This document shows, piece after piece, positions 1-10,842 of a stretch of DNA of 64,000 nt (position 1 is its first letter; every line of letters starts with the position of its first letter). The notes beneath the pieces are model-generated. The model made no database searches and was not told the origin of the DNA. It was given only the letters and a program-made list of their open reading frames with translations. The translations under genes and the position numbers were made by a program. Source of the stretch: Geosiphon pyriformis uo1 (taxonomy: Eukaryota; Fungi; Glomeromycota); contig JAAOMT010000129.1 in NCBI GenBank assembly GCA_016748015.1, forward strand, positions 1,159,206-1,223,205, given 5' to 3'.

Positions 1-96
1 TCAAACTCCAATTCAAACTATAAACAATATATCACGCTTTTTGACCTCACCAAAGAACAGAAACTGAAATGGTTCAGTGATAACAATGAAGGTATC

Positions 97-490
97 ATGC
101 CAGAACACACGCACGATACTGATGCAGGATTTGATCTGAGATATTTAGGAACAGAAGCCATCAAATTGGAACCACATATGCACACTTGTATTGATTTGAA
201 AATAGCACTAGAAATTCTGGCAACAACAATGATTCAATTAGCATCTAGGAGTAATTTAGCAAAAAGAGAGATTAATATAAGAGAAGGAATAATTGACATG
301 GGATATGTAAGAAATATTATTGCTATACTACAAAATGACTCAGAAAAGGTCTATATACTAGAGCCCAATGAAAAGATAGCACAGGCAATATTTCTGCCTC
401 TGGTTAGAGTAGCTTAGTTAGTATCAGTAGGAAAAAGAGAGGAATTAAGAATAACAGTGAGAGAAATACAGGAATTCAGATCGACAGATA
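97..490 (+). pseudogene. retrotransposon-encoded dUTPase domain
   Basis: All five trimeric dUTPase motifs: AGFDL, ASRS, GIIDxGY, EKIAQ and a decayed RGxxGFGSTG (REIQEFRSTD); one internal stop. Confidence 0.9.
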
Positions 491-3400
491 GAGTAGATGT
501 ACCAGTCAATATGGCAGAAGAAGAAATTGTTGACCAAAAGAAAATTATCTCAATGGGTCAAACAATTTCCATTCCACCATATGACCAGTACATGATAGGG
601 ATAAAGTGGGAGGTAAAAGAACAGAATCAGATTTTTAAAGCAGAACCAACTCTTTGTGAATCATGAGAGATTGGATTCATCAATCTCTATATACCAGCCA
701 AAGAGTACAGCCACATCAAAATTCCCATTTACAACAACACAGAAAATATTATAGTAATATTAGCTGGAACTACTATCAGATACTTAAGCACTGAAATAGA
801 GGATCAACCACCAAGCACCATTCTGGACTTTCCACAGCTTTGTGGATATGTTGATATCATATCACAAACAATATACGAATGAAGTGAATGTTATTTGCTC
901 CAACCAGAACAATTGGAACAAATGAACATGAGAAACTTAGATCCACTCCAATGTATGCAGCTTAAGAGGTTGCTCAACAATTTCAACAACATCTTTGCCA
1001 GTGAAAACAAGTTTGGCCAAACTGATATCATCCAGCATCAGATCAAGACTGGAGATGCAATGCCAATTAAACAAAGAGCATACAGAGTACCACCTGCTAG
1101 CCACGAGATCATTCATCAAGAGATAAACTGAATGTTTGACAATGGGCTAATTCAGTTATTAATAAGCTCATGGTCATCATCAATGGTATTCATCCAGAAA
1201 AAGAATGAGAAAATTCACTTTTGTGTGGATTATAGAAAACTTAATGGAGTAACTCGTGGAGATAGCTATCCCACTTCACAGATCCAAGAACTATTCAATG
1301 CTTTCAGTGGAAACAAATGGTTTTCAACATTAGACCTGAACAGTGGTTATTGGCAAGTAGCCATGGATTCAGCTGACAAAGAGAAAACAGCATTTACCAC
1401 AAGGAAAGAAAATTTCAAATTTGAAGTAATGCCATTCAGCTTAACCAATGCTCCAGCCACTTTCCAACAGCTAATAGAAATTGTTTATACTGGCTTATTG
1501 TGGAAATCAGTAGTTGTATATTTGGAAGACACCAATGTATTCTCAAAAACATTTGATGATAATCTTTATCATCTTTAACAAGTGTTTGAAAGACTAAGAA
1601 AAGCAAGACTAAAGTTAAATGCAACAAAGTGCTTCTTTGGCAAGACAGAACTAAAATTCTTAGGACACATAGTCAACAAAGATGGCATCAAAACAGATTC
1701 AAAGAAAATAGAGATAGTAAAGAACTTTCCAGTGCTAACCAATATGACAGAACTGAAATCATTCTTGAGATTTGCCAGCTACTATCGATGTTTTATCAAG
1801 AACTTTTCCAAGATAGCACAGCCACTCAACCAACTGCAAACCAAGAATACAAAATATGAATAGACAGAAAATCAACAAGAAGTTTTTAATATTCTGAAAA
1901 GAAAGCTTATTCAAGCTCCAGTACTGATTTATTTAGATCACAGCAAACTATTCATTATCACCACCGATGCATCCAGCCAAGCATTGGGAGCAGTACTATC
2001 TCAGAGAAAACTGGATGGCAGAGAACATCCAATAGCATATGCCAGCCAAGGTCTAACACCAGCCGAAAAGAACTATGGAACACCAGAACAAGAACACTTA
2101 GCAATTTATTGGGCAGTTATAAAGTGAAACAAATACTTGAGCCAAAAATTTGATATATACACAGATTATAAAAGATTAACATCCCTTCAAAAGCAAGAAT
2201 GTGATAATGACCACCAATTCAGATGGAAAATAGCACTCTCATGATATACTTATACTATACACTATAAAAAAGGAAAAAACAATAGAAATGCTGATGGTTT
2301 GTCGCAAATAAGACAAATCTAAAAACATTTCAAACCCAAAAATATAACAAAACCAGAACAATACCAATAAAAAATATAACAAAAGATGAATATACAAAAA
2401 TATCAACAACTTCAACATTATATAAACACTCAACAGTTCAAGAAGAATTTATCTCAAATGGAATGAAAGAGTATTAAACAACAATCAAAATATTTTATCA
2501 CTCACCAAAATATACTTTATCGGAAAAATAGAAAAGATTCAGATTAACCAACCAGAATAATTACAGAGCCAGAAAAAAAGACAATATTATTCAACATGTA
2601 CTCAAATCCAACAGCAGGACATTATCACAAAGAAGCAACCATAAAAAGAACCAGAAAAAGATACTATTGGTTATCAATATATCTAGACATCATCTAATAT
2701 GTTCAAAATTGTGATGCTTGTCAGTGAAGAGAAGGAACAAGACCCAGTGAACCATTAAAACCAATCAAAGTGAAACAACCATTTGACTGTATTGGAATTG
2801 ATTTAGTTGGATCATTAACAATTACCAGCAGAGAAAACAGATACATAGCAGTAGCCATAGACTATCTCATTAAATGGCCAAAGGCAAAAGCAATTCAAAG
2901 AACAGATGCAAAATCTGTTGCTGAATTCGTTTATCAAGATTTAATTTGTCGATACAAATGTCCAAAAGAATTATTATCAGACCAAAAAACTCATTTTGTG
3001 AACAGAACATTAACAGAATTGAGCCAAAGATTCGGAATTAAAAGACCACTATCATCACCATACCATCCACAAACCAACGGATTAGTCGAAAGATTCAACA
3101 GAACATTGTGTGAGACAATAGCTAAGCTCAGCCAAGAAAACCAGAATGATTGGGATTTGTTGATACCATCAGTACTATTTGCTTATCGGACAATGAAGCA
3201 AGATACTACACAAGCAACACCATTTAAATTAGTATATGGTAGAACAGTAACACTACCAGTAGAAATAGAAGTCATCACTTATCCAACAGAACCAATAACT
3301 GAAGACAATTTTCAGAAAATGTTGCTAAGAAAAACATATGACTTAATAGAAACACTAGAAAACAAACAGCAAAGAACAGTTAATAACATCTAAAAGTCAC

Positions 3401-3821
3401 AAGAAAAACAAAAAGAAAGACATAATAACCAACTACCAGATAAATCAGTTGAATTCAGGATTGGAGACAAAGTACTACTACATTGTACCAAAGCAAAAAA
3501 ACAATGGAGTAGAAAATTTGACCCCAAATAGGATGGACCATTTCACATAGAAGAAATTCTAGGAAATGGAGCTTACAAATTAAGATTGAATAACAAAATC
3601 TTGACCAAAGCAGCACATGGAGATCGACTGAAACCATACCACCAGATAGCATTATCATCTACCAGTAATATTCCACAATTAGAAGTACAGAGAATACTAG
3701 TCCAACCAGATAAGATTCCACGAGATCTGGAACCAATCATTATCATTGACAACAACATGTCCAATTGATCAACAAAAGAATATATAAGAACATGGTTGAC
3801 ACAACAGAAGAGATCAGAAAA

Positions 3822-4409
3822 ATGGAAATTACAGACAATATCCATTCATTAGCCCAACAAATTTTTCAATTAATCTAACACCAGAAGATAGAAATTACAA
3901 TCAATTAAAAAACCATTTATTACAAAAATACAGCAAAGCTACCACAGAACAAAGCACAGAAAAGACTTGAAAATGTTGTTGACAAGATCATGACCAAGAT
4001 AAAATTGGCTATAAAAGAACAACAAATAGTCGGATTATACTAAGAACTTATCAGAAAAACTTGGACTTGGTGGATGCAACAATTTCCAAAAAACTATTGT
4101 CATTTCCACTTGAAACAACACGTAAATATCCAGAATTTATACACCAATAAAACAAAATAGTTATTCAACACAACAATACTGAGACAACTGAAACAATTTG
4201 TGGGAAAGAACAATCTGATCACATAAGCTTGAGCCATTTACCAGCTATATATGAGATTTCAAAACTGACCAGAAATCTTACTCCATACAGCAATGGATAC
4301 AGTTATGAGTAATCAATTGGGAAAAATGACCAACACTCAATTTGAAAAACTACAAACTAAAATAACACAAGTAATACTCGAAAAAGAAGTTCAAGGAATT
4401 AAATTTTGA
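3822..4409 (+). pseudogene. ORF3 of unknown function between integrase and PPT (family 1)
   Basis: ATG 3822 to TGA 4407-4409 in one frame (195 codons). Internal stops are all of CAA/CAG/CGA>TAA/TAG/TGA type, with no frameshift. Homolog in element B. Confidence 0.75.
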
Positions 4410-4438
4410 CAGAGCTCAATATTAAAAGGAGAGAATAA

Positions 4439-5292
4439 TGTTACTCATAGAATATAGGAAATATAGTATTATTAGCCAGTAGATATTAGCCAATCAGAGG
4501 TAGATGTAGTAAATATGGAATTCCAAAATTCCTCTCAAAAGAATTGCAAGATTCCAGGAATTTCAGAATTCTCCGACAAGGAATCGCAGAATTCCAGAAT
4601 TCCAGAATTTTTCTCATCAAGAATTGCAGAATTCCAGGAATTCCAGGATTCCTGTCACAAGGAATTGAAGAATTGAGGAATCTCAAATATGTATATATAA
4701 CAGTAGCATTAGAAGCAGAAAAGAAAGGATCGAAAAGAAAAATTCTTAGCTTAGTTACCACAATCCTAAAGAATAAATAATTATTCATTATATCAAATTC
4801 ATTCTTCACTATTAACGCTTCATGTTGATAGTAACTGATATCTAATCATACTGGAACAATAGCTCTTGATTATGGCTATTGACAGGATACTAACTTGCAA
4901 ATTGCCTTGGCTTATTTTCTTATTTTCTCTTTTATCTTTCTTTGATTTTGTTGTGCATACTAATTTATTGAGGATTAAAAGCACTGAGTTATTGACATCA
5001 CGGATAGTTTGGTAAAAGACCCAGAAATAAGGGTAGATTTATATATATTATTGGTTAGCTTATCAGAAGAGCACGACTGCCAGAATAAATCCAGCCACCA
5101 AGCTGAGAAAGAAATTGGGAAACAACTAAACACGCAAATATCATCACTATTGAATCTCTGTTCATTATACAAAAAACTTTATCAAAATCTTCAAATACAA
5201 CACTTTCAAAACATTATTAATGGAAATAGCTTTTAAGCACCAAGTTATGAGTGTGTTAATTGACTTGAGACCTCAAATAGTCATCTGTAATA
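4439..5292 (+). repeat. 3' LTR of element D
   Basis: TGTTAC...GTAATA ends; GAATTCC-type U3 repeats; TATA 4692-4699; homologous to 6418-7309 and 24108-24998. Confidence 0.9.
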
Positions 5293-6417
5293 CTGGTTAT
5301 TATTAATAATCTATATAAGTCAATTCTGATTTGATTAAATAGTTGTCTCATTTTAATTGGTCTTAATAGTTTACTGGGTTTTGTTTTTTCTCTTCTCTGA
5401 CAAGCATTACAATATTAAACATATTAAATAATATCTAGATATATAAATGGCCAATAATATCTTTTTCTGGTTCTTTTTATAATTGTTTCTTTATGAAAAT
5501 GTCCTGTTGTTGAATCTGAATACATATTATATAGTATTGTTTCTTTTTCTGGTTCTGTGATTACTCTGAATGATTAATCTGAATTTTTTTTGTTTTTCTA
5601 ATATAGTATATTTTGGTAAGTAATAAAATATTTTAATTGTTGTTTTATGTTGTTTTGTTTTTTTTGAGATAATTTTTCCTTAAACTGTTGGGTATTAATA
5701 TAATATTGAAGTTGTAAATATTTTTCTGTATTTATTTTTTGTTATATTTTTGAGTTAAAATGTTCTTAGATTTGTTTTATTTGCAATAAATTGTTAGTAT
5801 TTTCTTTTTTTTTTCTTTTTTATAATAAACTGTATATTTAAATAGTGAAAGTTCTATTTTTTATTTGACATAATAGTTATTTCCAAATTTTTGCTTCTAA
5901 ATTAATGTTAATTCCTTGTAATCAATGTATACATCAAATTTTTGGCTTAAATACTCTTTTCATTTGATGACTGTTCAATAGATAGTTAAGTATTTTAATG
6001 CTGGTGTTCTATAGTTTTTTTCAACTGAACTCAAACTTTGGCTGATGTATATTACTGGATATTCTTATTTATCTGGTTTTCTCTAAGATAGTATGGCTCT
6101 CAATACTTAACCAAATGCATTGATGGTAATAATAAATGACTTGCTGTAAACTAGATAGATTAATACTGGTGCTTGAATAAGCTTTTTTCTTAATATATCA
6201 AAAGCTTTTAGTTAAGTTTCTGTTCATTTATATTTTATATTCTTGGTTTAAAGCTGGTAGAGTAATTGAATCAGTTTGAAAAAATTCTGGATAAAGTGGC
6301 AGTAATATTCAACAAATCTCAAGAATGCTTGTAGTTCTGTCAAATTTGTTGGTATTGAAAAGTTTTTTACTATCTTGATCTTATCTGAATCTGTTTTAAT
6401 GCTGTTTTTGCTTACAA
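5293..6417 (-). mobile_element. Gypsy element A (family 1): RT end, RNase H and integrase start
   Basis: Continues the RT frame broken at 24999 (FLGHI|VSKNSIKTD); strongly decayed. Confidence 0.85.
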
Positions 6418-7309
6418 TATTACAGATAATTATTTGGGATCTAACAACAAATAACAAACTTATAACTTAGTGCTCAATTGGTATAATGGTGTTGGTATCT
6501 GAAAGTTTGCATAATCTGAAGGTTTTGGTTTAAGTTTTTTGTATAATATACAAAAATTTAAGTGTTGTTTTCCCTGTAGCTTCCTGAAATTGCAATTCCA
6601 TTAAATTTCTTTTTCAGCATAGTGGCCAGTAATTTTTCTGGTAAGTTATTCTCAATAATAAATGTTTTACCCTTATTTTTGAATCTTTTACCAGTTCTTT
6701 TAACATCAATAACTTCACATATTAATTTTTAATCACTTAGTAAATAATAAATAAAATAAAAGAGTAAAAAAAAAATAAAGAAAATAAGCCAAGACAAGAA
6801 AAAGTTAATATTTTGTTAATAGCTGTAATCAAGAGGTATTGGTCTAGTATAGTTAAATATTAGCAACTATTAATATGAATTTTTAATAGTGGAAAAACGT
6901 ATTATGATGTTTTAATAAGTATTTTATTAATATTTGATGTTTTTATTTTACATTATAGAATACTATTATATAAAAAAATAAATAGGGAATTGGAATTGGA
7001 GATTCTAAAACTAAAAATTTTGTTTTTTCTGCTTCTAATACTATTGCTATATATACATAAATTTTATTATATGAAATGTCTTGAATTCTTTGATTTTTTA
7101 ACCAGAAATCTTAAAATTTTTGGAATCTTGTAATTTTTTAAAAGAAATCCTGGAATTCTGGAATCCTACAATTCTTCATACTAAAATTCTGTAATTCTGG
7201 AATCCTGCAATTTCTCTAAGAAGAATTCTGGAATTCCACTTTTACTATGTTTTATTTTGATTGGCTAATTTGTATACTAATATATAGTTTCTATATTCTA
7301 TGAATAACA
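6418..7309 (-). repeat. 3' LTR of element B
   Basis: Colinear with 24108-24998. Confidence 0.9.
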
Positions 7310-7329
7310 TTATTTTCTTTTTTTTAATA

Positions 7330-7953
7330 TTAAGCTCTATTAAAATCTTTTATATATTCTAACTCTCCTTTTTTGATTAATTTTCGGACTTTTTTTTGAG
7401 AATTACTTGAATTATTTTGATCTGTAATTTTTCAAATTGGTTGTTAGTCATTTTTCTCAATTGGTTGATGATAACTGTATCTATTGCTAGATTAAGTAGT
7501 ATTGTTGATTGATCTTGAAATCCTGTATATAACCAATATATGGCTTTGGCTTGTGTAAACAGATTGCTTTTCCCCACAAATTGTTTAAGTTGCTGTAATA
7601 TTGTTATGTTAAATAACTATTTTGTTTTGTCAGTATACAAGTTCTGAATATTCAGAGTTTGTCCCAAGTGATAATAACAAAAGTTTCTTGAAAATTGTTG
7701 TATTCACTAATTCCAAGTTTTTTTTGTTAATTCTTGGTATAATATAGCTGTTTCTGGTATTTCCATTAATAACTTTACTTTTGCTATTATCTTATCTATG
7801 ATGTTTTCCAGTTTTTTGTGCATTTTGTCTTGAGTTTTTTTTTTTCTCTTTGTACTAAATAGTTTGTTGATTAATTGTAATCTTCATGTTTTATTGTTGA
7901 ATCAATTGAAATAGTTGTTATACAAATGAGTAGATATTGTCAGTAATTTCTAT
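7330..7953 (-). pseudogene. ORF3 of element B
   Basis: GKSNLFTQAKAIYWLY...QLRKMTNNQFEKLQ aligns with ORF3 of element D. Confidence 0.75.
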
Positions 7954-7976
7954 TTTTATTGTTGTTTTTATTGTAT

Positions 7977-8993
7977 TGTTATAAGTAAACTTGGTAGAGT
8001 AGGGAGATGGTAATATTTAGTGTTCTCAATTGTTGATAAGACATGTTTCATGTAATTCTGGTGGCTTTATTTTGATTATTAGTCTCTGAAAGTCTTATTT
8101 TACTGGTTGTGAATTTACTCATTGAGTTTTTTGGTTATAAGGCACAGAGTTTTGGTTCTTATTGATTACAACTTCTTATAAAAATAAGCTTTCTTCTCTG
8201 AGCTAACAAGCACAGTCATTAGAGTCTGGTATTGTCTTTTCATCTTTCTGGTAAGCTATAAAGATAACATTAATATCCAAAAATCTAGAAAAAGCTTCTT
8301 TTTTTTATCAAACTATCACAAAGTCTATTTCCAAACAGTTGATTTTACTATGTTGCTGCTCCACAAAAGAAAAATAAAAAAAATAAAAGAAAATAAAAGA
8401 AAAAAAAGAAAATAAAAGAAAAGATAAATTAGTATTGTCAATTACTATAATCAAGAACAATTGGTCTAAATCATTAATAGTTTGAGGTGGTTATGCTAAG
8501 AGCATCTGTTCTGGAACAAAAATATGAAACAATAATTAATTCATGTAAATTCCACAAAGTTTGAGAACATGAATTCATAATTCTGATTTCTTAATAATTA
8601 ATTTATTTCAGAAGATGAATATGGAATATAATAAATGATAAAGGGGTATAAATATTTGATTTTTGTCTAATAATTCATATCTATCTGTCTTTTTACTTTT
8701 TTTAACTACTTGTTTTTATACATTCTTTTGGTTTTATAGGATTGCTTTCTGATTGTTTCATTATTGCTAACTATTGCTTTGTTATTTCTGTAATTGTTTC
8801 ATTCTTCTATATTAGTACTAGTTATTCTATGTTATAACACGTTATCTAGTATTATTACATGTTATTTTGTGTTATTCCATATTATAATGCATTATTCTAT
8901 GTTATTCTACATTATTGTGTACTATTCTGTATTATGTTATGTTTTGGTTATGTTTCTTTATAACTTTGGATTGGTTTTTTTACTTGGATAACA
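7977..8993 (-). repeat. solo LTR (family-1-related subfamily)
   Basis: TGTTA...TAACA ends; flanks GTAT/GCAT; shares the hairpin/polypyrimidine module; ~10-bp TTATTCTATG-like U3 repeats at 8790-8950. Confidence 0.8.
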
Positions 8994-10275
8994 GCATATA
9001 CTATGTCTTTATATTATTTTGTTTAATCATCTTGATGTGTTTATATAGATGATTATAATTGGTTCTAGATTTTGTGAAATCTTATTTAATTGGACTAGTA
9101 TTTATTGTACTCTCAGTTGTGGAATATTATTGGTAAATAATAATGTTGTATTGTGATATGGTTTCAGTTGATTTTTATGTACTGTTTTAGCTAAGATTTT
9201 GTTATTTTATCTTAATTTATAAGTTTCATTTTCTAAAATTTTTTCTATGTGAAATGGTTTGTTATATTTGGAATCAAACTTTTCATTTTATTGTTTTTTT
9301 ATTTTAGTACAATATAAGAGTACTTTGTCTCTAATTCTTAATTCAATTGGTTTATCTAATAATTAATTATTATGTCATTTTTTCTGTTTTTTTTGTAATC
9401 TTTAAATGTTATCAACTGCTCTTCATCTCTTGTTTTTCAATGTTTCTATTAATTTGTATGTTCTTCTTAACAATGTTTTTTGGAAATTGGTTTCTTTTAT
9501 TGGTTTAGTTGGATATGTATTGACTTTTATCTCAACTAATAGTGTTGTTGTTCTACTGTTATGGGTTGGAGTAACAAACTAACAGATAGCAAGAGAGAAC
9601 AAGATTGTAGAGTGATGGAAATAATCAAAGGGAATTTGACTTCAAAGAGCAAATTGAATAAATATGGATTCAATATACGAGATCAGTCTCATAAAATATC
9701 TCAGTCACTATTTTTTTCAAAGATAACTGGGGAATCTGAAGATAGAGAGATAGTTCATACTGTCAACAAATGATCACACTTGGTATAATTCTATGTTTCA
9801 TGTTAATACTCTTAGAATTCAATATCAAGTATCAGATGTGCTCTTCAATCATGTTTTATACAATAATCTTCAAATGCTACAATTATATATGTTAGGGAAA
9901 GGCCAACAAATAATCTTTTATCTTTAAGATGTTCAGATATTTGAAGGTAGAAAAAGGGAAATTAGTAATAAGAAAATGTTTTGAAATGGAAGTTGTTATT
10001 TTATTTCTTTGATTGTCTTGATTCCTTACATGATACTTTTCTACAGCTAAGAGACTTATCACTTATATAGCTATTGAAAATGGTCAATGATTAGATCAAT
10101 GATCAGGTCAATAATTAGGTCAATGATCACTATCTAAAAATAGGGTGGCTAATTATATGACATCAGTGGCTAATACATGTGATAACTAATAAAAACTATG
10201 AGTTTCAACCATAAAATTATCCTCTCCAAAGAGATTGAGCTCTGGCAAAATCAAATTATTTATGGAATATTCTAA

Positions 10276-10842
10276 TTAAAGAGTTTTATTTAACTCAAAA
10301 CTAACTAGTTTATTGAAGTCTTTTGTGGATAAGGTATATAAAACTTGAGGCGAAATGAGCTTTGTGTTCAAGAGACCAAATCTTTGTATAAGAGTTTTGG
10401 CTCTTCTTGTAATAGTCAAAACTCTTGGAACATCTAATCGTACAATGTCCAATATTTCCACTTGTATCTCAGAAGTTGTTTTCTTCATGAGCTTCATGTC
10501 TTCTATAATTTCACCAAGGTGACCATAGAGTTTTAGTTGTCTTCTATATGACAAGTTTTTGTCTATGGGCAAGATTTCTTTTATTGTTTTCCTAATTGTG
10601 ATGGAAGGTGCAAGTATTGCTGCTATTATACTTTTCAGCAAATACTTATCTATTTTGCTACCAATTCTTTCTCTTCTGGTAGTTGTTTTCTTTGATCTGA
10701 TAACAGTATATGTTCTACTATTGTCAGTTATGGTGGTCTGTTTTCCAATGATCAGGATAGCATTTGGATAATTTTTAATCCAATACTTATAGAAAGTATA
10801 GAAAGCATTTTGAATGTTTTGATCCAGAAAATAATTGTTCAT
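10276..10842 (-). CDS. intact ORF3 (188 aa from ATG, MNNYFLDQ...) of element C, unknown function
   Basis: Stop-free ORF between the integrase stop (~10884) and the PPT. Confidence 0.75.
   Translation of the reverse strand: MNNYFLDQNIQNAFYTFYKYWIKNYPNAILIIGKQTTITDNSRTYTVIRSKKTTTRRERIGSKIDKYLLKSIIAAILAPSITIRKTIKEILPIDKNLSYRRQLKLYGHLGEIIEDMKLMKKTTSEIQVEILDIVRLDVPRVLTITRRAKTLIQRFGLLNTKLISPQVLYTLSTKDFNKLVSFELNKTL

Larger units (their letters stand above)
1..5292 (+). mobile_element. Gypsy element D (family 1), 3' part: dUTPase-RT-RNase H-integrase-ORF3-PPT-3'LTR; inserted antisense into the integrase of element A
   Basis: RT motifs (FCVDYRKLN, LDLNSGYWQV, YLED), RNase H (TDAS..ALGAVLSQ), integrase (IGIDLVG, YHPQTNGLVERFN). 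PPT AAAAGGAGAGAATAA at 4424-4438. LTR 4439-5292. Flank 5293+ is minus-strand integrase. Confidence 0.95.

Noticed and set aside
3586-3768. possible chromodomain at the integrase end
   Set aside because: Only the GPF/SH3-like tail is recognisable; no aromatic cage motif
4486-4809. ORFs on both strands in the LTR U3
   Set aside because: By-product of stop-poor GAATTCC repeats
6490-6540. tRNA-Met gene
   Set aside because: Only a 14-nt match, no cloverleaf
8790-8950. CRISPR-like array (also 31820-31950)
   Set aside because: Degenerate tandem units without unique spacers, inside LTRs
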